In this document: positions 1 through 8,507 of the stretch, one piece after another
Layout: each line of letters begins with the position of its first letter
How positions within the stretch are numbered: position 1 is the stretch's first letter
From: Candidatus Omnitrophota bacterium
Lineage (GTDB): Bacteria > Omnitrophota > Gorgyraeia > Aquiviventales > Aquiviventaceae
NCBI GenBank assembly: GCA_016180575.1
Contig: JACPAY010000006.1
Span: 10,165 to 74,164 of the forward strand
Direction of reading: 5' to 3'
DNA: 64,000 bases
Notes under the pieces: model-generated
The model's input: only the letters and a program-made list of their open reading frames with translations
Databases searched by the model: none
Told to the model about the DNA's origin: nothing
Translations under genes and position numbers: made by a program

Positions 1-69
1 GCGCGCCAGATACCGATCCAGGCGCAACCCGGTCTCAGCCGTCCCGACGGAAAATTGGTACATGCGCAT
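1..69 (-). CDS. pseudouridine synthase (RluD/RluA-like), 5' end only; gene runs off the window
   Basis: ATG at 69..67, one nt after the lgt stop. Hand translation MRMYQFSVGTAETGLRLDRYLAR has the RLDRYLA S4-type N-terminus of RluD-family enzymes. Only 23 codons are visible. Confidence 0.4.
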   Translation of the reverse strand, partial: MRMYQFSVGTAETGLRLDRYLAR

Positions 70-70
70 C

Positions 71-823
71 TCACCTGCGCGGCGTCCGCAGCAGCAGCCA
101 GCCGCCAAAGACGAACACCGCGATGCTGATCACTTGCTGGAGCGTCAGCCCCATCCACCAGGGTGACTGGTCTCCCCGCGTGAACTCGAGGGCAAACCGC
201 AGGACCGCGTACCCCGCCAGGTAGGCCCCGAACACCCGTCCGGGATATTGTAGCAGACTGGGCCGCTGCAGCGCCCGGAGGATGCAATACAGCAGCAGGA
301 GCCCAAGGGATTCGAGGAGCTGGGTGGGAAACACCGCACGACTCTGGCCGGGGAACGTGAGGCCGCACCAGGCGTCCGTCGGTTTCCCGTAGCAGCAGCC
401 GTTCAACAGGCAGCCGGCCCGCCCGATGGCGTGGCCCAGCGCCCCGAACGGGATGAACTGGTCAAGCACCCGCAGGAACTCCAACCGCTGCGCCCGCACG
501 TAGAGCGCGCCGCCAATCAAGCCGCCCAGGAACCCGCCATACCACACGAGGCCGCCGTGCCACACGGCCAGGATCTCCAGCGGATCGCTCGAAAAGTCGT
601 CCCAGTGCAGCGCCACGAAGAGCGCCCGCGCCCCCACGAGGCCGCCCACCAGCGACAGGCTGGCGAAATCCAGGAGCTGGTCGGCTCCAATCGCCCGCAA
701 CGTGGGGGGCAGCTGGCGAGCCGCTCGTGCGGCCAGCCACGTTGCCGTCACGAACGCCAGGACCAGCATGGCCCCGTAGGAATAGAGCGTCAGCGGCCCC
801 ACTTGGAAAAGGATCGGGTGCAT
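71..823 (-). CDS. lgt: prolipoprotein diacylglyceryl transferase
   Basis: 250-aa polytopic membrane ORF with Lgt-type motifs (WHGGLVWYGG, GRAGCLLNGCCYGKPT). Directly follows lspA. Confidence 0.9.
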   Translation of the reverse strand: MHPILFQVGPLTLYSYGAMLVLAFVTATWLAARAARQLPPTLRAIGADQLLDFASLSLVGGLVGARALFVALHWDDFSSDPLEILAVWHGGLVWYGGFLGGLIGGALYVRAQRLEFLRVLDQFIPFGALGHAIGRAGCLLNGCCYGKPTDAWCGLTFPGQSRAVFPTQLLESLGLLLLYCILRALQRPSLLQYPGRVFGAYLAGYAVLRFALEFTRGDQSPWWMGLTLQQVISIAVFVFGGWLLLRTPRR

Positions 824-824
824 G

Positions 825-849
825 AAAAAAGGTACCGGTACCTTTTTTT
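825..849. repeat. AT-clamped palindrome A6-GGTACCGGTACC-T7 (REP-like family 1)
   Basis: Perfect palindrome filling the 29-nt lspA-lgt spacer. On the coding strand its T-tract ends 1 nt before the lgt ATG. Confidence 0.85.
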
Positions 850-852
850 AAT

Positions 853-1287
853 TCAACGTTTCGTTGCGAGGGCGCGCCAGATGAGGAGGGCGACGCCGAT
901 GGTGATCGCCGAATCGCCGAGGTTGAAGACGGGCCAGACCCGCACGTCGATGAAATCGACCACGTAGCCGAATCGCAGCCGGTCAATGAGGTTGCCGGCC
1001 GCCCCGCCGAGCACGAGGGCGTAGGCCCACAGGGCCGTCGCGGTCAGGGGGCGCTCGGCGAGGAACTGTCGGGCAATCCAGGCGATGACGGCGAGCGACA
1101 GGACGATGAAGAGGACCTGCGCGCCCTTGAGGAGGCCGAACGCCGCGCCGGTGTTCTGGACGTACGTGAGATGGAGGGCGCCAGGCACGAGCGGCAGGCT
1201 CTCTCCGGGATGGAATGCGGCGGCCACGACGAACTTGGTGAGCTGGTCAACCGCTAGGATGAGCCCCGCGATCAGCCACGGCCGCAT
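853..1287 (-). CDS. lspA: lipoprotein signal peptidase II
   Basis: 144 aa with LspA motifs (NTGAAFG, GGAAGNLIDR, VDFIDV, FNLGDSAI). Confidence 0.9.
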   Translation of the reverse strand: MRPWLIAGLILAVDQLTKFVVAAAFHPGESLPLVPGALHLTYVQNTGAAFGLLKGAQVLFIVLSLAVIAWIARQFLAERPLTATALWAYALVLGGAAGNLIDRLRFGYVVDFIDVRVWPVFNLGDSAITIGVALLIWRALATKR

Positions 1288-1296
1288 AGAAAAGAA

Positions 1297-1351
1297 GGGA
1301 CACTATACCTATTTCCTGCCAGTCGTGTGCGAGAAATAGGTATAGTGTCCC
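1297..1351. repeat. 19-bp perfect-stem hairpin (GGGACACTATACCTATTTC / 17-nt loop / GAAATAGGTATAGTGTCCC)
   Basis: Read directly. Occupies most of the 70-nt dksA-like/lspA spacer and is AT-richer than its surroundings. Confidence 0.85.
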
Positions 1352-1357
1352 CCTATT

Positions 1358-1741
1358 TCAGCGCTTGCTCTTCTGCTCTTTGGCGCGCTGGCAGGTGATG
1401 CACAGCGACGCGTAGGGCACCGCCTTGAGGCGGCTCATGGTGATCGGGGTGTTGCACTGCTGGCAGATCCCGTACGAGCCGTCGTCGAGCCGCTTGAGCG
1501 CATCGTCGATCTGGTAGAGGATCCGCTGCTCGCTGGAGACGAGGTCCATCGAGAGCTCGCGCTCGTAGGTGTCGGCCGCCATGTCCGCCATGTGGACCGT
1601 GTAGGCGGAGAGATCCCCCGAGGCCTCGCGGGGGCTGGTGGACGCGTCGCGCGCGATAGACTTGATCTCATCCGCCAGCTTCGCCCGCTCGGTGATGAGG
1701 AGTTGCCGGAACTGCTTGATCTGCTCCTTGGTCAAGGCCAT
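1358..1741 (-). CDS. DksA/TraR-family C4 zinc-finger protein
   Basis: 127 aa. Coiled-coil N-terminal half plus a C-terminal CQQC...CITC zinc finger. Confidence 0.8.
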   Translation of the reverse strand: MALTKEQIKQFRQLLITERAKLADEIKSIARDASTSPREASGDLSAYTVHMADMAADTYERELSMDLVSSEQRILYQIDDALKRLDDGSYGICQQCNTPITMSRLKAVPYASLCITCQRAKEQKSKR

Positions 1742-1751
1742 ACGTTCCCCT

Positions 1752-4526
1752 TCACTTCGTGCGCTCCATCACGACGCGCGCGCATCGCTCGCACAGCCCC
1801 GGATGCGCCGCCTGCGACCCCACGCTGCCCAGGTGCTTCCAGCATCGCTCGCACTTCTTCCCTGGCGCGCGCTCGACCGTCACCCGGACCGGCGAGCCTT
1901 CACCCGATGGGGCGCCGTCCCGCTGGATCTCCACCCCGGAAACGACGAACGCCTCGGCCAGCGTCTCGCGGTGCGCCTCGCACCATTGCCGGAAGTCCGG
2001 CTCGCCCACCGCCAGGGTGACCCGCGCCTCCAGGGGGCTGCCGATGACGCCGCGGCCCCGCTGTTCCTCCAGCGCCTTCATGACGGCCTCCCGCATCGAG
2101 AGGACCGCCGCCCATCGGCGCTCGCCGTCGCCATCCAGCCGGCGCTGGAGCCCCGCGTCCCATGTCGCCAGGTGCACCGACGGTTCCTGGACCCAGCCGG
2201 CGCCCCGCATGAGCTGCCACACCTCGTCGGTCGTCGCGACCAACACCGGCGCCAGCGCCCTCACGAGGGCGCTCAGTATATCATACAAGACCGTCTGCGC
2301 ACAGCGGCGCTTGGCGAGGGCCGTCGCCTCGGTGTAGAGCCGGTCCTTCAAGGCGTCGAGGTAGAACGCGGAGAGATCGAGCACGCAATACTGGTAGATG
2401 ACCCGCACCAGCTCATGGAACTGGGAGGTTTCATAGGCGGTGGTGGCCGCCTCCCAGACCTCCCAGGCCCGATGGAGCGCCCATCGGTCCAGCTCCGTGG
2501 CCTGCGATGGGTCCGCCCGGTCCGTGCGCGGGTTGAAGTCGTAGAGGTTCGCCAGCAGGTAGCGAAAGGTGTTCCGGAGCTTGCGGTACGACTCGGCCAC
2601 CTGGACGAGGATCGCCTCGGAGAGCCGCACATCCTCCCGGTAGTCGCAGGACGCCACCCAGAGGCGCAGGATGTCAGCCCCGTAGCGCTCCATGACCTCC
2701 TGGGGCGCGACGACGTTGCCCAGGCTCTTGGCCATCTTGCGCCCTTCTCCGTCCACGACGAAGCCGTGGGTGAGCACCTGCTCATACGGCGGCTGTCCAT
2801 GCAGCGCGACCGAGGGGATGAGCGAGACCTGAAACCATCCGCGGTGCTGGTCCGAGCCTTCCAGGTAGAGCTGGGCCGGCCAGGCGAGGTCCTTGCGCGT
2901 CTTGAGGACCGCCTCGTGGCTGACGCCGGAGTCGAACCACACATCGAGGATATCGGGGTCCTTGCGCAGCTTCCCTCCCCCGCACTTCGGGCAGCGCGCG
3001 CCGGGCGCCAGCTCCTCGGGCGAGGCGGTGAACCAGCTTTCGATGCCGTGTGACGCCAGGAACTGCTCGATGCGTTGGATGACGGCGGGATCGTCAAGTG
3101 GTGTCTCGCACGCCTGGCAGTGCAGCACCGGGATCGGTGTCCCCCAGTAGCGCTGGCGGGAGAGGCACCAGTCCGGACGGCTCTCCAGCATCCCGGCCAT
3201 CCGGTTTGCGCCGGCCGGGGGGATCCACGTCACGCCGCGCGCGGCCTCGAGCAGCCGCCGGCGCAGCCCCTGTTGCTCGACGCTGAGGAACCACTGCGGC
3301 GTCGCGCGGAAGATGACCGGCTCCTTGCACCGCCAGCAGTGCGGGTAGGAGTGGGTGATCGGCTCCTCGGCGAGCAGCAGGCTCCGCCGGCGCAGGTCCT
3401 CCACGATCTTCGGATTGGCGTCGAACACCCGCTGTCCCTTGAACTGCGGGATGTCGTCGGTGAACTTTCCCTGATGATCGACGGGAGAGAGCGTCTCGAG
3501 TTTCTCGCGCTGGCCGATGACGTAGTCCTCATGGCCGTGCCCCGGCGCGATGTGGACGATCCCGGTGCCCTCGGTCAGGCTCACCCCTGCATCGGTCACG
3601 CCCACCGACTCGCTCCCAAAGGGCCGCTGGCAGACGAGGCCTCGCAGCGTCTTCCCCTCGACCGACTGGACCGTCTTGATGAGCTCGAGCCCCATCTTTG
3701 CCAGCACGGCCTCAGCGAGATCAGCCGCAAGGACAAGGCGCTTCGCTTCGCCGCGCGTCGTCTTCGCGAGGACCAGTGAGTAGCTGGCCTCCGGATGGAA
3801 ACACAGCGCGACGTTGGCCGGCAGCGTCCAGGGCGTCGTCGTCCATGCCACCACGCTTGCCCCATTCCACTCCCCTCGCATGATGGGAAACTCCAGGTAA
3901 ATCGAGGTGTCCTGGCGGTCGGCGTACTCGACCTCGGCCTCGGCGAGCGCGGTCTCGCAGGCGGCGCACCAGTAGACCGGCTTCTTGCCTCGATAGATGT
4001 AGCCGGCCTGCACCAGCTCCCGGAAGACGCGGAGGATGGTCAGCTCATAGTCCGGCGCCATCGTCAGGTAGGGGTGGCCCCAGTCGCCCAGCACGCCGAG
4101 CCGCTTGAACTGCTCCCGCTGGATGTCGACATAGCGCTGCGCGTACGCCCGGGCCTTCTGCCGGAACTCGCCCTGCTGGATCTCGTGCTTCGTCTTGCCC
4201 AGCTCCTTGAAGAGCTGGTGCTCGATGGGCATCCCGTGGCAGTCCCAGCCCGGCACGTAGGGGGCGTCGAAGCCCCGCATCGTCTTGTAGCGGACGATGA
4301 GGTCCTTGAGGATCTTGTTGAGCGCGTGGCCGATGTGGATGTCGCCGTTGGCGTAGGGCGGCCCGTCGTGGAGGATGAACCGCGAGGCCCCATTGCGCGC
4401 CTTGCGGATCTCGGCGTAGAGGTCCATCGCCTGCCACCGCGCGAGCGCCTCAGGCTCCCGCTTGGGCAGCTCCGCCTTCATGGGGAAGCTGGTCTTCGGG
4501 AGGTTGAGCGTCGCTTTATAATCCAT
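1752..4526 (-). CDS. ileS: isoleucyl-tRNA synthetase
   Basis: 924 aa. Class I HIGH (PYANGDIHIGHA) and KMSKS (GRKMAKSLGN) motifs, editing-domain region, C-terminal Cys-rich zinc-binding tail. Confidence 0.95.
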   Translation of the reverse strand: MDYKATLNLPKTSFPMKAELPKREPEALARWQAMDLYAEIRKARNGASRFILHDGPPYANGDIHIGHALNKILKDLIVRYKTMRGFDAPYVPGWDCHGMPIEHQLFKELGKTKHEIQQGEFRQKARAYAQRYVDIQREQFKRLGVLGDWGHPYLTMAPDYELTILRVFRELVQAGYIYRGKKPVYWCAACETALAEAEVEYADRQDTSIYLEFPIMRGEWNGASVVAWTTTPWTLPANVALCFHPEASYSLVLAKTTRGEAKRLVLAADLAEAVLAKMGLELIKTVQSVEGKTLRGLVCQRPFGSESVGVTDAGVSLTEGTGIVHIAPGHGHEDYVIGQREKLETLSPVDHQGKFTDDIPQFKGQRVFDANPKIVEDLRRRSLLLAEEPITHSYPHCWRCKEPVIFRATPQWFLSVEQQGLRRRLLEAARGVTWIPPAGANRMAGMLESRPDWCLSRQRYWGTPIPVLHCQACETPLDDPAVIQRIEQFLASHGIESWFTASPEELAPGARCPKCGGGKLRKDPDILDVWFDSGVSHEAVLKTRKDLAWPAQLYLEGSDQHRGWFQVSLIPSVALHGQPPYEQVLTHGFVVDGEGRKMAKSLGNVVAPQEVMERYGADILRLWVASCDYREDVRLSEAILVQVAESYRKLRNTFRYLLANLYDFNPRTDRADPSQATELDRWALHRAWEVWEAATTAYETSQFHELVRVIYQYCVLDLSAFYLDALKDRLYTEATALAKRRCAQTVLYDILSALVRALAPVLVATTDEVWQLMRGAGWVQEPSVHLATWDAGLQRRLDGDGERRWAAVLSMREAVMKALEEQRGRGVIGSPLEARVTLAVGEPDFRQWCEAHRETLAEAFVVSGVEIQRDGAPSGEGSPVRVTVERAPGKKCERCWKHLGSVGSQAAHPGLCERCARVVMERTK

Positions 4527-4535
4527 GCGGGAACT

Positions 4536-4838
4536 TCAGCGGATCCGGGCGGCGATGTCGATGAGCGAGTTGACGAGGAAGAGCCGCATGAACCAGATGG
4601 CGAAGAAGACGAGGATGGGCGAGAGGTCCATCATCCCGACCATGGTGAACGGCAGGCGGCGCCGCACCCATGCGAAGACCGGCTCGGTCGCCGAGCGCAG
4701 GAACCGGATGATCGGGTTGTAGGGATCCGGGTTGACCCAGGAGATGAGCACCGCGACCAGGACGACGAAGCTGTAGATCTGCAGGAGCCGGTCGAGGATC
4801 AGCGCGACCGCCTGCAGGAAGTTTCCGAGGATGAACAT
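4536..4838 (-). CDS. yggT: YggT-family membrane protein
   Basis: 100 aa, YggT-like (LISWVNPDPYNP...). GGAGG Shine-Dalgarno 6 nt upstream of the ATG. yggS-proC-yggT synteny. Confidence 0.8.
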   Translation of the reverse strand: MFILGNFLQAVALILDRLLQIYSFVVLVAVLISWVNPDPYNPIIRFLRSATEPVFAWVRRRLPFTMVGMMDLSPILVFFAIWFMRLFLVNSLIDIAARIR

Positions 4839-4851
4839 GGCGTCCTCCTTC

Positions 4852-4890
4852 CGGTATCAGATACCGTTACCCGATTGGTATCTGATACCG
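4852..4890. repeat. hairpin repeat CGGTATCAGATACCG / GGTATCTGATACCG (family 2)
   Basis: Inverted arms separated by ~10 nt. The right arm supplies the last codons (..SRYQIPIG) and lies beside the proC stop. The same arm sequence recurs at 59601-59650. Confidence 0.85.
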
Positions 4891-5730
4891 ACTGCTCAAT
4901 TCTCTCGAGCGGCGGGCGGCGGCCCGGAGCGCCTCGGCGAACTGCGCCGGCATGCGCCGTCTCGCCAGCACCTTGAGCGCCGCCTCCGTCGTGCCGCCCT
5001 TGGACGCGACCTTGGCGATGAGCGCCTCGGCCGGCTCGCCGGATGCCAGCAGCAGCCGCACGCTGCCCTCCAGCGTCCGCCGGACCGCCTCGGACGCCGC
5101 GGCCCGCGGCAGCCCAAGCTTCCTTGCCGCCTCTTCCCAGATGCGGGCGAGATAAAACACGTAGGCGGGGCCCGAGCCGCTCACCGCCGTGACCGCGTCC
5201 AGCTGCCGCTCCGGCAGCTCCACGACCGTCCCCACCGCGCCGAACAGCGCGCGGGCCATCGCCCGGTGGCGCCGCGTCGCGGTCCGACCCGCCGCCAGCG
5301 CCGCGAACCCGCAGCCGACCGTCGCCGGCAGGTTGGGCATGACGCGGACGAGCGGCACGCCCGGCAGCCGGACCTGCAGCCAGCGCAGCGTGATGCCGGC
5401 GGCGATGGTGACGACTAGCGGCCGGCTTGCCCCGCCACCACGTGTGGTGGCGGGGCGGGTGAGGTGCCGCGCAAGCGGCGGCACCGCCTCAGGAAACTGC
5501 TGCGGCTTCACCGCGAGGATGACAAGGTCCGACCGGCGCGCGACCTCACGGCCATCCGCCTCCACCGGCAGGCGGAAGCGGCGCTCAACCAGGCGCCGCG
5601 TCTGGGGATTCGCGTCGGCCACCCGCAGCGCGCGCCGCGGGATGCCCTGGGCGAGCAGTCCCCTGAGCAGCGCCTGTCCCATCGTCCCGGCGCCGATGAT
5701 CCCAATCGTCAACCCGCGCAGGACGCCCAT
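4867..5730 (-). CDS. proC: pyrroline-5-carboxylate reductase
   Basis: 287 aa. N-terminal GxGxxG (IGIIGAGTMG) and a P5CR C-terminal domain (GGTTEAAL). Confidence 0.9.
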   Translation of the reverse strand: MGVLRGLTIGIIGAGTMGQALLRGLLAQGIPRRALRVADANPQTRRLVERRFRLPVEADGREVARRSDLVILAVKPQQFPEAVPPLARHLTRPATTRGGGASRPLVVTIAAGITLRWLQVRLPGVPLVRVMPNLPATVGCGFAALAAGRTATRRHRAMARALFGAVGTVVELPERQLDAVTAVSGSGPAYVFYLARIWEEAARKLGLPRAAASEAVRRTLEGSVRLLLASGEPAEALIAKVASKGGTTEAALKVLARRRMPAQFAEALRAAARRSRELSSRYQIPIG

Positions 5731-6446
5731 GTCCCCTGTCCCTTGTCTCCTGTCCCAAAAATGGCCGTTCCCACTCGCACGAGGTCCGCCCCCTCCTCGA
5801 TGGCGACCTCGAAATCCTGGGACATCCCCATGGAGAGCTGCCCCGCGGCGGGCGGCAGGCCGCAGGCGGCCAGCACCTCATCGCGGAGCTGGCGCAGCCG
5901 GCGGAAGTGCGGCCGGACGTCTTCAGGGTTGTCGACGAACGGGGCGATCGTCATGAAGCCTCGCAGCGTCAATGCCGTGGACCGCTGGACCGCGCGGGCC
6001 AGTCCCGCGGCGTCCTCCGGACGGCAGCCGAACTTGGCGGGCTCGCCCGAGACGTTCACCTGGATGAGCACGTCAAGCGGTTTGGGGCGCGCCTGGCTCA
6101 ACCGGTTGAGCGTCTCGACCAGCGCCCACGAATCCACCGAATGGATGACATCAAAGAGCTCCAGGGCCAGCTTGGCCTTGTTGCGCTGCAGGTGGCCGAT
6201 GAGATGCCAGCGCGCTGCCTGCCGGTCGCCGAGCGCCGCGCGCTTCACGCGGGCCTCCTGGACGCGGTTTTCCCCCACGTCGGCGAGGCCGAGCCGCACC
6301 GCCTCCCGGACCGCCTCAGCACTGATCCCCTTCGCGACCCCGACCAGCGTCACCGCCGTCTCGGGGCGGCCCGAGCGCCGTGCCGCCGCCTGCATCCGCT
6401 GCCGCACGAGGTCCAACCGGTCTCGCAGTCCGTCGGGGGAAGACAC
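5709..6446 (-). CDS. yggS: PLP-binding YggS-family protein (alanine-racemase-fold)
   Basis: Conserved VGVAKG Lys, HLIGHLQRNKA, LSMGMSQDFEVAIEEGADLVRVGTAIFG. The ORF-track N-terminus (to 6716) crosses the REP hairpins, so the GTG at 6446 (VSSPDGL...) was chosen. Confidence 0.85.
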   Translation of the reverse strand: MSSPDGLRDRLDLVRQRMQAAARRSGRPETAVTLVGVAKGISAEAVREAVRLGLADVGENRVQEARVKRAALGDRQAARWHLIGHLQRNKAKLALELFDVIHSVDSWALVETLNRLSQARPKPLDVLIQVNVSGEPAKFGCRPEDAAGLARAVQRSTALTLRGFMTIAPFVDNPEDVRPHFRRLRQLRDEVLAACGLPPAAGQLSMGMSQDFEVAIEEGADLVRVGTAIFGTGDKGQGTWASCAG

Positions 6447-6489
6447 GCCGGGTACTCTAACACAGCGACTTGCGAGGGTCAACGACTGG

Positions 6490-6539
6490 GAAAAGTACCG
6501 GGTACTTCTCAAAGCAGAAAAAGTACCGCGTACTTTTTC
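6490..6539. repeat. REP doublet (two AAAAGTAC-NNN-GTACTTTT hairpins)
   Basis: GAAAAGTACCGGGTACTTCTC (6490-6510) and GAAAAAGTACCGCGTACTTTTTC (6517-6539), about 140 nt upstream of the RAYT gene. Confidence 0.85.
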
Positions 6540-6678
6540 TGGTGCGGGAGTCGGGTCTGGTATTATACAATAAGTTGGTTTCGGGTCTCCCTTCCGTACC
6601 ACGCTCCCATCAGACCCTCCGTTGTCGCTGCTGCCCAAAGTAGCCGGTATTTTTGGGTTGATGAAAGGGGGGGTTGGA

Positions 6679-7374
6679 ATGCCACGGCGCCATCGAGACT
6701 GGCTTCCAGGAGGCATCTACCATATCACTGTGCGAGGGAATAATCGTCAAGCTATTTTCCTCGACGACATCGACTACCAGCAATACCTCCTGGAACTTCG
6801 TCGCAGTCGGGACGAATACCCCTACCGACTTTTGGCGTTCGCGTTGATGCCGAATCACGTGCACCTGGTCATGGAGGCCTTGCCGGATGCCTGCCTCTCT
6901 GACGTCATGCATCAGGTGGGTAAGAGCTACACGCGCTACTTCAACGGACAGCACGATCGCGTCGGCCATTTGTATCAGGGCCGCTTCTACAGCAACCTGG
7001 TCAATCGAGAATCTTATCTGCTCGAGGTCACCCGTTACGTCCACCTCAATCCATTTCGAGCAAGCCTTGTGCGCCGACCTGCCGAGTACCTCTGGAGCAG
7101 CTATCGCACCTACCTTGGGCTGGAGCGTGATCTGCTGGACCTCGTGAGCCCTCAACGAATTTTGGAGTTGTTCGGCACTACGTTTGCCGAACAGATTGAG
7201 CGATACCGAAGCTTTGTCGAGCAGCTTGTAACCGAGGAGGAGAAGGCGCGGGCGTGGCTACGGAAGTTGTACCGCGAGAAGCTGATCCCCCCACAACGCT
7301 GGCTCTTTCCTCGACCATCACCTCAAAAAGTACCGGGTACTTTTTCCGCTTTGGGAAGTACCCGGTACTTTTAG
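6679..7374 (+). CDS. REP-associated tyrosine transposase (RAYT; IS200-like Y1/HUH transposase)
   Basis: HUH motif MPNHVHLVM and catalytic Tyr context TRYVHLNP. ATG at 6679. The C-terminal 17 codons run through the downstream REP doublet. The only clear plus-strand gene in the window. Confidence 0.8.
   Translation: MPRRHRDWLPGGIYHITVRGNNRQAIFLDDIDYQQYLLELRRSRDEYPYRLLAFALMPNHVHLVMEALPDACLSDVMHQVGKSYTRYFNGQHDRVGHLYQGRFYSNLVNRESYLLEVTRYVHLNPFRASLVRRPAEYLWSSYRTYLGLERDLLDLVSPQRILELFGTTFAEQIERYRSFVEQLVTEEEKARAWLRKLYREKLIPPQRWLFPRPSPQKVPGTFSALGSTRYF
7324..7374. repeat. REP doublet (inverted pair)
   Basis: CAAAAAGTACCGGGTACTTTTTC (7324-7346) and GGAAGTACCCGGTACTTTTAG (7354-7374). The loop is CGG in one and CCG in the other, i.e. 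opposite orientation. Overlaps the RAYT and ftsA stop codons. Confidence 0.85.
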
Positions 7375-8507
7375 AAATACTCGGTGAGGATGGTGCGGGT
7401 GCGGTCGATCAACCGGTTGAAGAGATGCGCGGAGCGAAGTGCTGTGCGCCCATCGCCCCGGGTCGCCAGCTCCAGGAGGCCGATGGCGGCGCTCAGGCCC
7501 ACCTGGCGGCCGAGGTCCGCCGCTTGGCTCATGCGCGCGCTGCGCCCCACCGACGTGGGGATGCCGACGGCCCGCTCCACCCACTCGGCGAAGCCGTCAA
7601 GCAAGGCGCCCCGTCCGGTCACGAGGACCGCGTCCGGCCGCGGGCCCTCCTGGAGGAGCTGCTCAAGCGCCGGCTTGAGCAGGCCCCAGTGCTGCTCGAC
7701 GAGGGTGCGCACCGCCGGCTTGCGGCAGGCGGCGCCCTCCAGGCTCCAGGCCAGCGCCTGCTCCATCGTCGCCTTCAGCTCATTCGCGATGGCGGACGCG
7801 AGCTTGAGGCCGCCCCAGGGGAGGACGTGGGCCGCGTGCAGCGCGCCTTCGACGAAGAGCCCAAGGTCGGTCGTCAGACCGCCGACGTCCATCACGACGA
7901 CGCGCTGGTGTCGGAGCTCCTCGTCCGCCAGGCCGGCCAGCGCCGCGGGGAGCGTGTAGGTGATTCGGGACACCTCGAGGCCCGCGGACTCCACCGCCTG
8001 AATCAGCGTGCGGCGGGCCGCCATCGGGATGGTGATCACGTGGACCGTGCCGAGCAGCCGGGTCGCGGACAGGCCCCGCGGGTCGCGCACCCCGGTGAAG
8101 CCGTTCCCGTCGCAGCCGAGCCGCTCGATGAGGAGCGGGTCCCGGTCGACTCCCAGCACCTGATGGAGGGCGCTCGCATGCAGGCGCTCGAGATCCTGCG
8201 CCCGCACGGGGACCGGCTCATCGCCCAGCGCCACCGCCACGCGCGCCCGCTCGCTCGCCAGCGCCGGGTGGCTCGCGGTGACGAGCGCGCGGTCCATCTC
8301 CGCCTGCACCGCGGTCGCCTCCAGGGCCTGCTCGATCGTCCGGCTGACGAGCAGCGGGTCGCCGAGCCAGACCTCGGAGAGCGCGGGGTACGGGACGAGG
8401 CTCGTGCCCAGGAGCTCGAAGCCCGCGGCGTGCTCATGCGGCAGGCCGATCGCGCAGGCGACTTTCGTGGAGCCGATGTCCAAGGCGATGAGCGGGCGGG
8501 CGGTCAT
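7371..8507 (-). CDS. ftsA: cell division protein FtsA
   Basis: 378 aa actin-like ATPase (LIALDIGSTKVACAIG, VVVMDVGGLTTD). Follows ftsQ. Confidence 0.9.
   Translation of the reverse strand: MTARPLIALDIGSTKVACAIGLPHEHAAGFELLGTSLVPYPALSEVWLGDPLLVSRTIEQALEATAVQAEMDRALVTASHPALASERARVAVALGDEPVPVRAQDLERLHASALHQVLGVDRDPLLIERLGCDGNGFTGVRDPRGLSATRLLGTVHVITIPMAARRTLIQAVESAGLEVSRITYTLPAALAGLADEELRHQRVVVMDVGGLTTDLGLFVEGALHAAHVLPWGGLKLASAIANELKATMEQALAWSLEGAACRKPAVRTLVEQHWGLLKPALEQLLQEGPRPDAVLVTGRGALLDGFAEWVERAVGIPTSVGRSARMSQAADLGRQVGLSAAIGLLELATRGDGRTALRSAHLFNRLIDRTRTILTEYF

Noticed and set aside
1638-3053. Long alternative-frame or antisense ORFs throughout the window. Examples: 1638-3053 (+), 3795-4976 (+), 12948-14747 (+), 26564-27829 (+), 28026-29879 (+), 46131-48593 (+), 59676-61154 (+).
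   Set aside because: They overlap strongly recognisable conserved genes on the other strand or frame. They are Arg/Pro/Gly/Ala-rich low-complexity translations and are expected by chance in stop-codon-poor high-GC DNA.
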